A stretch of 64,000 nt of DNA from the human T2T-CHM13v2.0 reference genome, Homo sapiens: NCBI RefSeq assembly GCF_009914755.1, contig NC_060940.1; one strand, given 5' to 3'. Positions 36,933 through 54,398 of the stretch are shown in pieces. A program made the position numbers and the translations under genes. The notes beneath the pieces were generated by a model that made no database searches, was not told the origin of the DNA, and saw only the letters and a list, made by a program, of their open reading frames with translations. Within the stretch, counting starts at the first letter, position 1; each line of letters opens with the position of its first letter.

Positions 36933-37520
36933 AAGGATAAAGGGCAGGGGAGGGGAATGCAGACCTGATGCTAGGGCCAATCGCATTTGAAGGTGGCTCA
37001 GCCTCTGGTCTGACCAAGGGTCACTCCCTTTCATCCTCTCTGACCTTTAGAGCTTACAGCACCCCACCTCATTCCCACTACCTGCCTCTCTCTTTCTCCT
37101 TAAAGCCTTCCCTGGACCTTCCAGCCCTCACCTTCCTTCAGCCTCTGAATCCCTGAGTGGTAAGAACTCCTCACACAATTGCACATCACCTCTTTTTCCT
37201 CTTACTCCACTCTTGTCAGCAGTGGGACCTCAGAGTGCCAGCCAGAGCAGACACAGGGGCTTTGGGGCAGCTGATGGAGTGGCCTTAACTCAGTCTCTTA
37301 ACTTTTTTGATCTCGATTTCCTCCCCTGTGCAGAAAGGTGATAAGGAGACTTTCTCCATGGGGCTGAGAGCCAAGAATCCCTACTTGGAGCAAAGTCTGT
37401 CATCTTAGTTGTTTGTAACTCCAACTCCCAGGACCCAGCACCATATGGAGCACATGGTAAGGGCCCAATAAATGTTGGACATAAGGAATATAAGAGAATG
37501 AAAGGCTGGGTCTGTATTTC

Positions 37521-37529
37521 TGGGTGGTC
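37521..37529 (-). promoter_or_regulatory. Perfect GLI consensus site (reverse strand)
   Basis: TGGGTGGTC is the reverse complement of GACCACCCA. Confidence 0.4.
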
Positions 37530-40500
37530 TCTTCATTTCTTTCCAGAGAGAGAGAAAAAGAGAGAGAGATTGTTGTGTGGATTTTATGTGAACACAGCAA
37601 AGATTACTTTCTGTGAGGAGGTGAGGGTCATCCACCCACCCACCACCACCCATTCACCCATTTATTCATCCACCCTTCCACCCATTTGTCCATCCATCCA
37701 TCCATTCATCCACCCACCTGTTCGTTGAAATCATATTCCCATCAGGTGCCAGGCACTGGCTAGTCTGGCTTTGAGGATTCAGCAGTATTTCAGCACCTGC
37801 TATCTCAGAACCAAGGTTGGCCCAGAGGAGACCCTGTGGAATGTTTGTTGAATGAATGAGTAATTTTTCTTCTGAAACCAAAATGGAATGCTTTTATATT
37901 TTGAATGAGTAATTCTTTGAGTAAATGAATGGATTGGTGAAACAATAAGTGGTGTTGGGATAGACTAGTTCCAGGAATCCAACTCCATTATCATCTCAGG
38001 CCTCTGATATCTTGGCTCTTTGGCTCTGTCTGTGATTGCTTGGCAGCTTCAGCACTTGTCAGTCTCTCCCAGGAGGAGGGCAAGCCCTGGGGCTGGCGGG
38101 TTGAGAGGTGTCTTCCCAGGGCACATGGTGCTGCTCAGTGACTGGGGACTGTGCTCTTTCTACACCTTGTGGGCCCTTCTCCAAAGGACCCACCCCCCAA
38201 GGGGACCCTTGTCCATGAGTTGCTTCCTCTTCTCCAGCCGAACCAGTTGGTTTCTAGCCCACCTCCGGCCATCAGTGCAGAGCAGGGCTTTAGGGAGTTG
38301 GGGCACCCACCCTCAGTATTCCACTCTCTTCTGCATGAGGTAAATCTCCAGTCATCAGAAGAAACAATAAGATGAAAAGCTGACCACATTGTAATGCTCA
38401 TTAGCACAAAAACCCACAGCTGCACTTGATATTGGGGGTGGTAGGGGGGAAGGCCAGGAGGGGAGGCAAGGGGGTCCTGTGGATTGCCCACCTGTAGCCT
38501 GTGAACTCACCAAGTGCATTGAAAGGGGAGCCTCGTTTGTTAAGTAGATGATGATCAATGCCACATCTGATGCCCGATTGGAATGGGACAGGCCTGGAAA
38601 GGGCCTGATTGGGATGAGCAGTGTCTAGGGTTCCGTCTCCACCTGCACCTGCAATGGGGTAGGGATGGAAAGGGGTGGGCACACTCTAGGCATGTTTGGC
38701 TCTATCTGTAGTGGGTGACCCAGCCTTCCCATCATGCCACCCTTTCTCACCACTCCTGTAGGAGCCCAGACTCCCTGCTTTCGAATCTCAGCTCCTTTAC
38801 TGCTTAGCTGCAGGCAAGTGAGGCCCAGATCCCAGGAGAGGGATTAGACCCAAGCTGTTTGCTGTGTCCACCTGATAATTATGGTAACATATTTTGAGCG
38901 CTCACCTTGGTCCAATGCCAGGTGAAGCACTTTGAATGGTTGACTTCCCAAAACCTCGCGGGGTGGGCGTCATCGCCATTGTCATCTTGTACCTTGAGCT
39001 CCCAAGGCTCAGCAAGATCCAAGCAACTTGACCTCTCACACGGCAGGGCCAGGACTCCACCCTGGTCTGACCCTGAGCATCTCTGAGCACTTGGAAGGGG
39101 TCCACAGCACCCGGGAGTGGCCGGTGCTGTGGAGCTGAAGTTGATGAGCTCGTGAAATGCTGCAGCCTCCCTGGGCCTGGGGTGGGTGGCCCAGCCACCT
39201 ATCCTGCAGATGGAGAGCTGGGTCGTGCCTGTGGGCAGGGGGACCTCAGCCAGATGACCTATGTGCTATGTCCTAGTAGGCTGCTGCTGCTGCTGCCTGG
39301 ATAACTATTTTCCAGCGACCAACCCAGAGGCTGACTGAGAAAATATTCCTCCAACAGGCAAGAGGAGGGCAAGGAAGGTGGTTCATGGGATCCTGAAATC
39401 CGGTTCTGCTGTCTTAAGGGAATTCTCCACTGTGTCCCAGGCATTCTGAATTGGGATCCCCACTTGGGTGTGCCTTAGCCATTGGCCTTTTGAGAGCACA
39501 CCCCAGCATCTGTGTCGCAGAGTCTAGACCTTCCCTGGCAGGCAGGAAGCCCATCCTGACTCTGTGGGAGGAAGCCTGGTTCCCCGTGTCGGAGGATGGA
39601 GTGAGGTGGAAGGACTTCAGTCCAATATACTATTCTCTCTTTTCTTCTGCTTTTGTTTTTTCTCTTCATTTCCCCAATATCAACCCCAGAATGGAAGATC
39701 ACTTCAAATCCCATTTTGTTGCATGGACTTTTTTTCTTGTTGTTTCTTAGCAGAGACCAATTTTGGATGAATAACTTGTGACCGCAGAAACATGACACCA
39801 AAGCAACAGCGCTGGGTGGCAAATTTCTCCGTTACCACAAATATCCTTTCTCCTCGAGGACCAGACTGGAAGCATTTGGGGTTGTTTGTGCGTCCCGTCC
39901 TCAATCAGCCAGAGGAGGGGCCTTGGGAGCGGCAGCATGCCCGTCCCGCCCCCGCGCCCTCCTCCTGCCACCAGATGTGTGTTTTTCTCTTTGCAGGGCT
40001 TTTGCTGAATCTCGACAGGTTCTTTGGTCCTGGGGTGTGAGGTTCTTCCCCTTCTGTGGCCCAGGGGGTGCTGAGTGCAAAGCTCGTGCCTGTAACGTGT
40101 GCTGATGCCCTGACTGGCACTGACTGTGGCTTATGAGGAGGGAAGGATGAGTTACACATCCCCTGGGTCTGTTCTTTAGCCCTGTTTCCTTGGCATTCAG
40201 AGACTTGGATGCTGGCCCTGTCAAGATTTGGATCTACTTGGGAAGAAAAAGGGATCCTGGTGTCAGCGGCCACATCATACACTGCAGAGATGCCGTGTCC
40301 TGCCGTTGTGTGCTGGTGATGAAGCTTTCATGATTAGTGAGTAGTGCTTTTCCTCCTCCAGGGAGGATGCACCCACACACAAAGGAATAAGGAAACTTGG
40401 TTTGGGTGAGACTTGAATACTGCCCTTAGCCTCTGATACCTTTTTATCTTCCCAACATTGTATTATAAAATATTTCAAACATACAGAAAAATTACACAAA

Positions 40501-40561
40501 TAGTACACATGTATCCACACCAAGATTCTGCAACTGTCACGATCCTGTGATTCTTGTATAA

Positions 40562-40646
40562 TCCCTCCCTCCCTCCCTCCCTACCTACCTTCCTTCCTTC
40601 CTTCCTTCCCTCCTTCCCTCCCTCTCTCCCTCCCTCCCTCCCTCCC
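40562..40646. repeat. (CCCT)n/(CCTT)n pyrimidine microsatellite
   Basis: Read directly. Confidence 0.95.
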
Positions 40647-40954
40647 ATATTAGTTCATTCTCACATTGTTATAAAGAGGCTGAGGAGGCCTCAGGAAACT
40701 GACAATCATAGCGGAAGGGGAAGCAAGCATGTCTTACATGCTGGCAGGTGAGAGAGAGAAAGTGAAGGAGGAACTGTCAAACACTTATAAAACCATCAGT
40801 CCTCGTGAGAACTCACTATCATGAGAACAGCATGGGGGAAACTGCTGCCATGATCCAATCACCTCCCACCAGGTCCTTCCCTCAACACGTAGAGATGAAG
40901 GGGATTACAATTTGAGATGAGATTTGGGTGGGGACACAGAGCCAAACCATATCA
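40646..40954 (-). mobile_element. THE1 (C/D-like) MaLR solo LTR with internal deletion
   Basis: Ends GAGATGAGATTTGGGTGGGGACACAGAGCCAAACCATATCA; contains CTCGTGAGAACTCACTATCATGAGAACAGCATGGGGGAAAC. Confidence 0.85.
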
Positions 40955-40989
40955 CTTCCTCTCGCTATCCATCTTTCCTGCCATCTTAT

Positions 40990-41430
40990 TCTTTTTAACT
41001 GATTTTACTTTTTTAAGAACACACTAAATTGAGAAAATAGTACAGAGAGTCCCCATATACCTCACACCCACTCTGGTTATTGCTAACTTCTTACATTAGT
41101 CTAGTACATTTAAGAAACCAATTATATTGATTACAGTTAATGAACCCATATTAATATGTTATTATTTCATTATTAATTAAAGTCCATACTTTATTCAGAT
41201 TTCCTTTGTTTTTACATAATGTCCTCTTTCTGCCCCAGGATCCTGTCCAGGAGCCCACATGGCATTAACCATCAGGTTTCCTTCAGCTCCTTTGTGCTGG
41301 GAGCCTGTTGGCCTCCCCTTGTTTCTGACGACCTTGACAGTGTGAAGGAGGCCACTCAGGTGTTTTCAGAATGTTCCTCAGCTGGGATTGGGCTGCTGTG
41401 TGCTCATGGTTAGACAGGGCTCCGTGTTAT
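40990..41430 (-). mobile_element. L1MC4/5-like 3' fragment
   Basis: AGTACAGAGAGTCCCCATATACC...AAAGTCCATACTTTATTCAGATTTCC...CCAGGATCCTGTCCAGGA. Confidence 0.65.
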
Positions 41431-44400
41431 TTTCTGATGAATTTCCTAGTCACCCTATGCACCCTTTTTGTCCAGTAGAAAATGGAGAAAATGAGACCAT
41501 ACCCACACCACAGAGGGGTTGTGACACAATGGGGAGGGGCATGGGTTCTGGGTCACCTGCCTGGACTTGAATCCCAGCTCCAGCATTCACTAGTGGTGAC
41601 TGTGGTCAACACACTTGGTTTCCTTATGCCTCAGTTTCCTCCTCTGCAAAATGGGCATAAAACTGTTTTATTAGAAGGTGCTGTGGGGATTAATGCAACT
41701 CTGTGGATAGTGAGCCCTCAGCAAAGACTGCCTGTTGCTCTTGATGTTAGGAATGCCAAGCACAGACAATCTTCACCATGAAGGCTTGGGAGGGCTTTTG
41801 TGCCCTTTGACGGTGGGAAGCTTGGAGTAGATGTGGCTTTTTCTTGGAAACAGCACACCCCCAGATGGTGGGGCTCAAAGCACAGGTGTTAGCGGAGTGA
41901 CAGTGACACCCCGTGATGATGGCATGGGGCCTGGCTCTGACACGTGGAGCAGTGCCCTCAAACGTGGGCCTGTGGATGGGCAGCCTCCCCGGGCTTCCTT
42001 CTCCCTCCTTCTCAGCCACATGTCTCCTGCTGGGAGCTTCCTCATCCCAGGCCACTGCCCCGTCAGGCAAACAGTTTTTCTAATAACGAAGAGAGCAGCA
42101 TATTTAATCTGGGGACCTATTTCATTATTGCTGCAAACATTTCTGTTTTATTGGCATGCCAGGAGATAAGCTAGGACCGTGGAAGAGCCACGGCTGCCAC
42201 CGGGAACCGCTTCCTTCCCAGCCCCCCGGAGACTCTGGGCATGTGCCATGGCGCCGCCCAACGGCATGAAGGAGACTCTGGCCAAGGCCCCAAGCAGTCT
42301 TCTGGATGACAGTTGATTACTAATAAAACCAGAGTCATGCAGCCCAAGACCACGAAGGGCTATCCAGTGGTTTCTGGGCCGGAGCGGATGTCCTTCTGGA
42401 AACTTCTTTGCACACAAAAGGCCCAAGACGCCATCACTGGACACATGTGACATCTCGTTTGCAAGCTAACTTTGGTTTCCAGAGAGTCCAAGTGCCAAAA
42501 CCACGTCTCTCTGAGGAAATTTGACGTTGACACGAAGGACACACGCAGCCTCGTGTTACTCAATTCTAATTTCGGGGTGGGTTTTTTCATTCATAATAGA
42601 TCCTGGAACGTCAGGGCTGGAAGGAGGCTTGGAGGCCACCTCAGAACAGTTGCTGACATTTCCAGCATGCTTACTGTGTGACAGGCTCTGTGCCAAGTGC
42701 TGGCCATGCCTGATCTCTACAAAGCTCCCCTCCACTCCCTGGACCTTATTTTCCCCATTCTACAGATGAGGAATCTGAGGCCTGAACATCAACCTGCTTG
42801 CCCAAGAAAGACCCCATGATTAGAAAGTGTTGAGCCAGGACTCAGCCCCAGGGCTGTCAGGCTGTAGAACCTGCTTCTTAAGGTGCACACCCCACACCCA
42901 CCCCCTCCAGAGCTCCATCACCTGGGATCTGATTGGGCCTCCCTGGGTGTGAACTTTAGGGAGGCCTGTGAGCCCCCACCTGGAATTTGCACACAAAATG
43001 TCATGCATGTGTACATTTTTCTGGGTGGGAATGCAGAGTGTTTCAAAGGAGTTCACATCCTCACAAAAGGGGTACCTTCTGTGGCCCTCATTTTGTGGAG
43101 GAGGAAGGGCAGAGGCCGATGCATTGCTATGGTTACCCAGCAGGCTAGATGGAGATTTGACCTTGTACCCCCAGATCCAGTCCACCCCTTTCGCTACTCT
43201 TGTCCAGTGCATGAATATATTTTCAGATCATTTTCACTAAATCTTTTTATTCTGTGTAAAGCACAGACAGAAAACTGCTCAGATCCAAAGTGTGCAGCTC
43301 AATGCATGACTACAAAGTGAAGACTCCTGGGTAACTCTCCACCCACAACCAGAGGGAAAATGGTACCAGCACCCTAGAAACCCTCTGCCTGTCACAATCC
43401 CAATTCCCCAAGAGCAATTGCTTTCCTGGCTTCTGAGAGCCTGGTTGGCACGTGATGTGCTGGGATCAGGCAGGGCATCTCTCCCATGTCCGCAGCATGG
43501 GAGAGCTGTGGTATTTTTGGCATTGGTTCATCTTCACTGCTTTATAGTATCCTGCTGCGTCAACAAACTGATCCTCATATGTCTATCCTCTTGCTGGGGC
43601 AGCGGGGAGGCCCAGCTGGGGGCTGTGTGACAAAAGCATGCTTGCACATGCCTGGTGCACATGTGCTGGCCTTCCTGTTGTGTGTGTCACTGGGAGCGGA
43701 ATTGCCGGGTCATCCAGCAGGCATGATGTCCGGCATGAGAAGATGCCGCCAAATCTTTTTCCAGAAGGGAAATTCACACTCCCACAAGCAGCTGCTCACA
43801 TCCTTGCCAGCGTTTAATTTTAGCTGTGCTGGTGGGCGAAGGCATTATGCATATTTTTAAAAAATCAAACAACCTTCCAGCTCTTGCGTTTTCTCCTACC
43901 TTGAAGGCATTTTTCTCAGTCACTCTCATCCTGCAGCCCCATGACACACACACGCAGGCAGGGGTTGCTGGTGAAGGGCTCTGGTGAAGGGCTGACCCAG
44001 GAACCATGGTCCTCATGGGAGCGTCAGAGGAGGAGGGGCTGGGTGAACCCAGAAGGAGTCCAGGAATCTTCCCCCGTCCCACTCCCTTCTTCTGAGGCTA
44101 TGCCGGGTAGACCCTGACGGGTGATCCTGTGCCGATTTTGATCCCATAAACTTTTGTGTGGGAGGCCGTTGGTTTAACTGAGCCTGCCAGGCCTCCTTGG
44201 CAATTTGATTTCGTTGAGGCCCTGGGTGGCGGTCCCTAACGGTTCTAAGGCAACTTATGGGGTTTAGCTTTTACCCCATGTACTTCCCGGCTGTAATAAC
44301 TGGGTTATCAGGGTTGAGTGAATCCCATGTTGCTGGGCACGGGCTGCCCTCGCCCAGAGCTCCCAGGAGCCAGTGGAAGCGTAATGGAGACCGTGGTGGT

Positions 44401-44945
44401 CCATACCTGTCCCCGCTTGGGAATTTCATCGGAACTCGACCTTACAAATGATCCCTGCCAGCCTTGTGTCCATTAAGAACAGAAAATGGCTCACACAGGA
44501 GGAGCAGCCCTCTCCTTGGGTGGCCTGGTGTGAAGATTCCCCCCCAGGCCACCCACATCTGGGGGGAGGTGGGGCAAGAGGGAAGCAGCAGGCCCAGCCG
44601 CCTGAAGATTGGGTACCTGGCCACAGCTGCTCTGAGACAGCGGGAGGGCCCCAGTCCGTGAGCTCCAGCCCCTCACCGCTCCCTCTTGGCTCCCAGGCAT
44701 TGGGACTGTCTCTTCCCCAACCCCAACCAGATGATAGAAAAAATATTCCTGGTTCAAACCAGAGGGTCTCTGTCATGCCCAACCCCTAAACAAGACCCTT
44801 ATTCTGCACTTTAGGACCTAATACAGTTACTGTCCCTCTCTGTTGCGCCTACCTGGAGCTTAACTCCAAGAATACACTGCTCTTCCCTATTCAGAGACGT
44901 ATGTGGACTCAAAACTGTATGTGGACCCGAGGAGCTGTCTAAGAA

Positions 44946-45150
44946 GTGGAACTCACAGAAGCAGAGAGTAGAATGGCAGTTGCCGGAGGCTGGGGATGGG
45001 GAATGGGAGGATGTTACAGTTTCAGTTATGCAAGAGGAATAATTTCTGGAGATCTAATGTCCAGCAATGTGACTCTAGGTAACAATTGTATTGTATTCTT
45101 GAAATTTGCTAAGAGGACAGATCTCAAGTGTTTTCACCACAAAGAAAAGA
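44946..45150 (+). mobile_element. L1MA/L1MB-type 3' UTR fragment directly upstream of the L1PA2
   Basis: GAACTCACAGAAGCAGAGAGTAGAATGG...TTGAAATTTGCTAAGAG...GATCTCAAGTGTTTTCACCACAAA. Confidence 0.8.
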
Positions 45151-45166
45151 AAAGAAAACAAAACAA

Positions 45167-46070
45167 GGAAGGAGCCAAGATGGCCGAATAGGAACAGCTC
45201 CGGTCTACAGCTCCCAGCCTGAGCGACGCAGAAGACGGGTGATTTCTGCATTTCCATCTGAGGTACCGGGTTCATCTCACTACGGAGTGCCCGACAGTGG
45301 GCGCAGGTCAGTGGGTGCGCGCACCATGCGCGAGCCGAAGCATGGAGAGGCATTGCCTCGCTTGGGAAGCGCAAGGGGTCAGGGAGTTCCCTTTCTTAAT
45401 CAAAGAAAGGGGAGACGGACGGCACCTGGAAAATCGGGTCACTCCCACCCGAATACTGCACTTTTCCGACGGGCTTAAAAAACGGCGCACCACTAGATTA
45501 TATCCCGAACCTGGCTCGGAGGGTCCTACCCCACGGAGTCTCGCTGATTGCTAGCACAGCAGTCTGAGATCAAACTGCAAGGCAGCAGCCAGGCTGGGGG
45601 AGGGGCGCCCCCCATTGCCCAGGCTTGCTTAGGTAAACAAAGCAGCCGGGAAGCTCGAACTGGGTGGAGCCCACCACAGCTCAAGGAGGCCTGCCTGCCT
45701 CTGTAGGCTCCACCTCTGGGGGCAGGGCACAGACAAACAAAAAGACAGCAGTAACCTCTGCAGACTTAAATGTCCCTGTCTGACAGCTTTGAACAGAGCA
45801 GTGGTTCTCCCAGTACACAGCTGGAGATCTGAGAACTGGCAGACTGCCTCCTCAAGTGGGTCCCTGACCCCTGACCCCCGAGCAGCCTAACTGGGAGGCA
45901 CCCTCCAGCAGGGGCACACTGACACCTCACACGGCAGGGTACTCCAACAGACCTGCAGCTGAGGGTCCTGTCTGTTAGAAGGAAAACTAACAAACAGAAA
46001 GGACATCCACACCAAAAACCCATCTGTACATCACCATCATCAAAGACCAAAAGTAGATAAAACCACAAAG
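45167..46070. promoter_or_regulatory. L1 5' UTR with sense and antisense promoters, CpG-rich
   Basis: YY1 site CAAGATGGCC at 45176-45185 intact; dense CpG across ~45180-45660. Confidence 0.8.
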
Positions 46071-47087
46071 ATGGGGAAAAAACAGAACAGAAAAACTGCA
46101 AACTCTAAAAATCAGAGCACCTCTCCTCCTCCAAAGGAAGGCAGCTCCTCACCAGCAATGGAACAAAGCTGGATGGGGAATGACTTTGACGAGCTGAGAG
46201 AAGAAGGCTTCAGACGATCAAATTACTCTGAGCTACGGGAGGACATTCAAACCAAAGGCAAAGAAGTTGAAAACTTTGAAAAAAATTTAGAAGAATGTAT
46301 AACTAGAATAACCAATACAGAGAAGTGCTTAAAGGAGCTGATGGAGCTGAAAACCAAGGCTCCAGAACTACGTGAAGAATGCAGAAGCCTCAGGAGCCGA
46401 TGCGATCAACTGGAAGAAAGGGTATCAGCAATGGAAGATGAAATGAATGAAATGAAGCGAGAAGGGAAGTCTAGAGAAAAAACAATCAAAAGAAATGAGC
46501 AAAGCCTCCAAGAAATATGGGACTATGTGAAAAGACCAAATCTACGTCTGATTGCTGTACCTGAAAGTGATGGGGAGAATGGAACCAAGTTGGAAAACAC
46601 TCTGCAGGATATTATCCAGGAGAACTTCCCCAATCTAGCAAGGCAGGCCAACGTTCAGATTCAGGAAATACAGAGAACGCCACAAAGATACTCCTCGAGA
46701 AGAGCAACTCCAAGACACGTAATTGTCAGATTCAGCAAAGTTGAAATGAAGGAAAAAATGTTAAGGGCAGCCAGAGAGAAAGGTCGGGTTACCCTCAAAG
46801 GGAAGCCCATCAGACTAACAGCGGATCTCTCGGCAGAAACCCTACAAGCCAGAAGAGAGTGGGGGCCAATATTCAACATTCTTAAAGAAAAGAATTTTCA
46901 ACCCAGAATTTCATATCCAGCCAAACTAAGCTTCATAAGTGAAGGAGAAATAAAATACTTTACAGACAAGCAAATGCTGAGAGATTTTGTCACCACCAGG
47001 CCTGCCCTAAAAGAGCTCCTGAAGGAAGCGCTAAACATGGAAAGGAACAACCAGTACCAGCCGCTGCAAAATCATGCCAAAATGTAA
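46071..47087 (+). CDS. LINE-1 ORF1p (338 aa), open reading frame intact
   Basis: Full-length MGKKQNRK...QNHAKM with REKG, ARR and YPAKLS motifs conserved. Confidence 0.95.
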   Translation: MGKKQNRKTANSKNQSTSPPPKEGSSSPAMEQSWMGNDFDELREEGFRRSNYSELREDIQTKGKEVENFEKNLEECITRITNTEKCLKELMELKTKAPELREECRSLRSRCDQLEERVSAMEDEMNEMKREGKSREKTIKRNEQSLQEIWDYVKRPNLRLIAVPESDGENGTKLENTLQDIIQENFPNLARQANVQIQEIQRTPQRYSSRRATPRHVIVRFSKVEMKEKMLRAAREKGRVTLKGKPIRLTADLSAETLQARREWGPIFNILKEKNFQPRISYPAKLSFISEGEIKYFTDKQMLRDFVTTRPALKELLKEALNMERNNQYQPLQNHAKM

Positions 47088-47147
47088 AGACCATCGAGAC
47101 TAGGAAGAAACTGCAACTAAGGAGCAAAATCACCAGCTAACATCATA

Positions 47148-50964
<3,817 letters not shown>

Positions 50965-53908
50965 ACAATGAGATCACATGGACACAGGAAGGGGAACATC
51001 ACACTCTGGGGACTGTTGTGGGGTGGGGGGAGGGGGGAGGGATAGCATTGGGAGATATACCTAATGCTAGATGACAAGTTAGTGGGTGCAGCACACCAGC
51101 ATGGCACATGTATACATATGTAACTAACCTGCACAATGTGCACATGTACCCTAAAACTTAAAGTATAAAAAAAAAAAAGAACAAACAAAAATAAATAATA
51201 ATAAAAAAATAAAAACTAAAAGTATTTCTTGACAAAATGCAGACAGATTTCGGATTGCATCTATGACACCTGAAGTCTAGATTTAAGGCATAAAAAATAA
51301 GCCACCTGCGAGATACATTTTCTGCCTTAGGTGGATTTTAAAAATTCTGACATTGAAACAACCAGAGTCCACTGAATTTCCCCCTTGCCATTGAAAGTGC
51401 TGGCCTCACCGGACGTGGAGGGAAGCAGCGTTTCCCCTGTGAAAGCAGCCGAGTCACTGGGCAGAGACGAATCCAGCTCTCTCTTCCCTTCTCTCAGGAA
51501 GGTGCTGGAAGGAGATTTTCCTTTCCAGCAGTTAAGTGGATGCGGCTTGGGATGGTCAATCCGTCCCCAGGCCTGGGGACAGCTGTCCTCACCGGAAGAC
51601 AGCCTGCTGTAATTTATCCTGGGGGTTGTTTGAAATGTTTGCTGCTGTTGGGGAGTGAACGTGTTCTTTGTGATCAATTAATGCCCCTCTCACGTTTTGT
51701 CAACGCGAAGGGAGCTGCATATTTTGTAGTTTTTATTTAATGAACCAATTACTTCATTGCCAAAATAAAGGATGTTTTATTCCTAAGACCCTGAATGAGG
51801 ATCTATAAACCCTATTAAAATTAGTTATTAGATTTTAGCTATTATAAAAATTCTTTTAATTTAGTTTGGTTTATATTGTGTCTAAGTTTGAGCTCCTATG
51901 GAAACTACTGTAACACAGTTTGTGTTCTGTCTGAATTCACAGTAAACCTAGCAATGCATATTACTGTTAGTGTGATCTACTGCAAAAACTGGGTACCTAA
52001 GATGACTTCGTACATTTTATATACATAAATATGTAAATATTTCTTGAGTGACATTTGCATGAAAATAACTGAAATAATTGAAGGCAAAGTTCATGCAGAA
52101 GGAATATTTAAGAGAGGTTTGAAAGAAACAAGATGGGCTTTTCTACATGACTCCTAGGTACCTTCAGAATTTGCAACAAAGTAGGCAAAGAGAGTAAATT
52201 ATTTTGTGCAATATTAGAATGCTTGCTTGTAATACACACACACACACGCACACACCCCCAAATGTCTGCTGGAGAGAAATTGATGATTGCATATTATTCA
52301 TGTCAAAAAGACATCTTTGATTTCTTTCTAAATCTTTTAAGAGAAATTGAACTGAGGCAAAAATATTTGTTTTAAAATTTACATTCTTTATGAAAGAAAC
52401 AAGGCATGCCTTTATAAGACATATATGCCATTCTGTAGAAATACAAATATTTGCTTCTTACCTTGGCAAGCACAGTTTAATTGTGTCTAAGTATGAGAAC
52501 TATGAATTCTTTGGAAACTTTGTGGCAATGACTTTTATTTTCCCCTGAAGCTTTTTTTAAAAAAATCTCATTTAGCTATTTCATCTGTGTGTGTGTGACA
52601 CACAGAAAGAGAGACAGAGATTTAAAAATTTGTAACTAAGGATTGAAAAAAAGTACCAGATGAATTGTCCCGAATCTTTGTAGCCTCTATGTCCTTGAAA
52701 ATGCCCCAGAGAATGTTTTCTTCCCTTTTATAGGATGCAGGTTTCTCTTTAGCTTCTCCACCAATCCTGAAATTCCTTTGTTTAAAACAAAACGAAACAA
52801 AACAAAACTTGTGGCTTTTCTCAAAATGACAAACTAAACATGCAGAATCTAAAAATCCCCAAACACATCCCAGACTATAAACCTTTCTGACTCAACAAGC
52901 AGATTTTATGGAGACCCCAGTAAAACCCCAAGGATGGCAATAAATAAATCGCCAGCCGGTTCTCCCATACAGCTGCCTCTTCCACAAGACCTCAAGCCTC
53001 TGAAGGCAGAGGGAAGACCCCATGCGTCTTGGTTTTGGGGACCCACAGATGGGCCATCCAAATGGCCGAGCTGCCTAGATTTCTCCCAAATAGTCGCGAT
53101 GGAAGGTAGCTGAGAGGCGGGGGGGAATATTCATCACAAAGCATTTTCCCAAACTTCCACCTCAAACAAGGATGCAAATATTTGGAATAAACAAGGACAG
53201 AACTAATACAATGAAGCAACAAGTAAAAGTGGCAACGACACTGGTCACATGGAAAGGATGTGAAAAGAGTTAAGAAGCAGAAGGAGATAATTATTTTCCA
53301 GAGCTGCATGACCCATTGATATGCACCTCATACTTTTAATAGGAAATTCCATCTCATTCCCGTTGCTGTGCCTCAGGGGAGATACTAGGTAGAATAGCAA
53401 ACCCCTGGGATCTTACCCAACTCTGTCATTTCCACTGACTGTGGCATGGACAAGTCATTTTAAATTCTGCATCAAAATATGAGGATAATTTCCCCCGTCT
53501 AGCCCACTCCCTGGAACTCATTGTGACAATGAGAAGAGAAAAAAATAGGAAACAGAAAAGATATTTATGATATTTAAGGAGTTGTATGATCTCTCTGAAT
53601 GTAAAAGGAGAACTGATATTGTCCTCATCACAGGTCACCGGCGGCACAGCCCTATTTTTCTTGTGGAGTGACTGGGAACCGCTGTGCTCCGGGAGCCAGG
53701 GTGAGGCACAGAATTGTATTTCTGCAGCCAGATCCCCTCCCAGTTGCGGGGCTGTTTTCTTCCCTCTGACAGGAAGGAGCTTCCTTCTGGAAGTGTCCTG
53801 ACATTGTTCTTGGTATTCCAGAAATTCCCTGGCTGATGGCATGTCCAGAAGGGAGCGGTCCCAGGGCACGGGAGTGCATTGGGCAAATCTGTATTTAACC
53901 TCTTTTAT

Positions 53909-54398
53909 CACACACACACACTCACACACACTTGTGCACACTCACCCATACTTTCACACAAGTTCATGCTCTTGCGCGCACACTCAGACACCCTCACGTG
54001 CTCCCACACTCACCCCTGCTCACCCCTACACTTACATAGACACACTCAAACACCCTCACAGGCTCTCACACTCACCCATGCTCTGACACACACACACCTC
54101 ATGCTCACTCACCGATGTTCTGACATCCACACACACACTCACACTCACACTCAGACACCCTCAGACGGTCTCACACTCACCCATGCTCACACAGACACAC
54201 ACAAACATCCTCACAGGCTCTCACACCCATGCTCTGACGCACGCACACATTCAGAAACCCCCCCATGCTCAGACTCACTCACACTCTGACACACACTCCC
54301 ACACACTCTCACATGCTCTCACACTCACCCACACTCTGACACACTCACACATTCAGACACCCTCACACGCTCTCACACTCACCCATGCTCTCACACAC
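53909..54398. repeat. CA-rich degenerate minisatellite
   Basis: Recurrent CTCACACTCACCCATGCTC and CAGACACCCTCAC blocks among CA runs. Confidence 0.9.

Noticed and set aside
36492-37034. 180-aa mucin-like T/N/P/H/Q ORF on the minus strand
   Set aside because: Translation of a degenerate trinucleotide tract; no splice or promoter support.
39978-40041. Possible micro-exon (strong acceptor TGTTTTTCTCTTTGCAG at ~39996, donor-like GTGAGG at ~40036)
   Set aside because: Isolated signals with no partner exons or ORF; cannot be supported.
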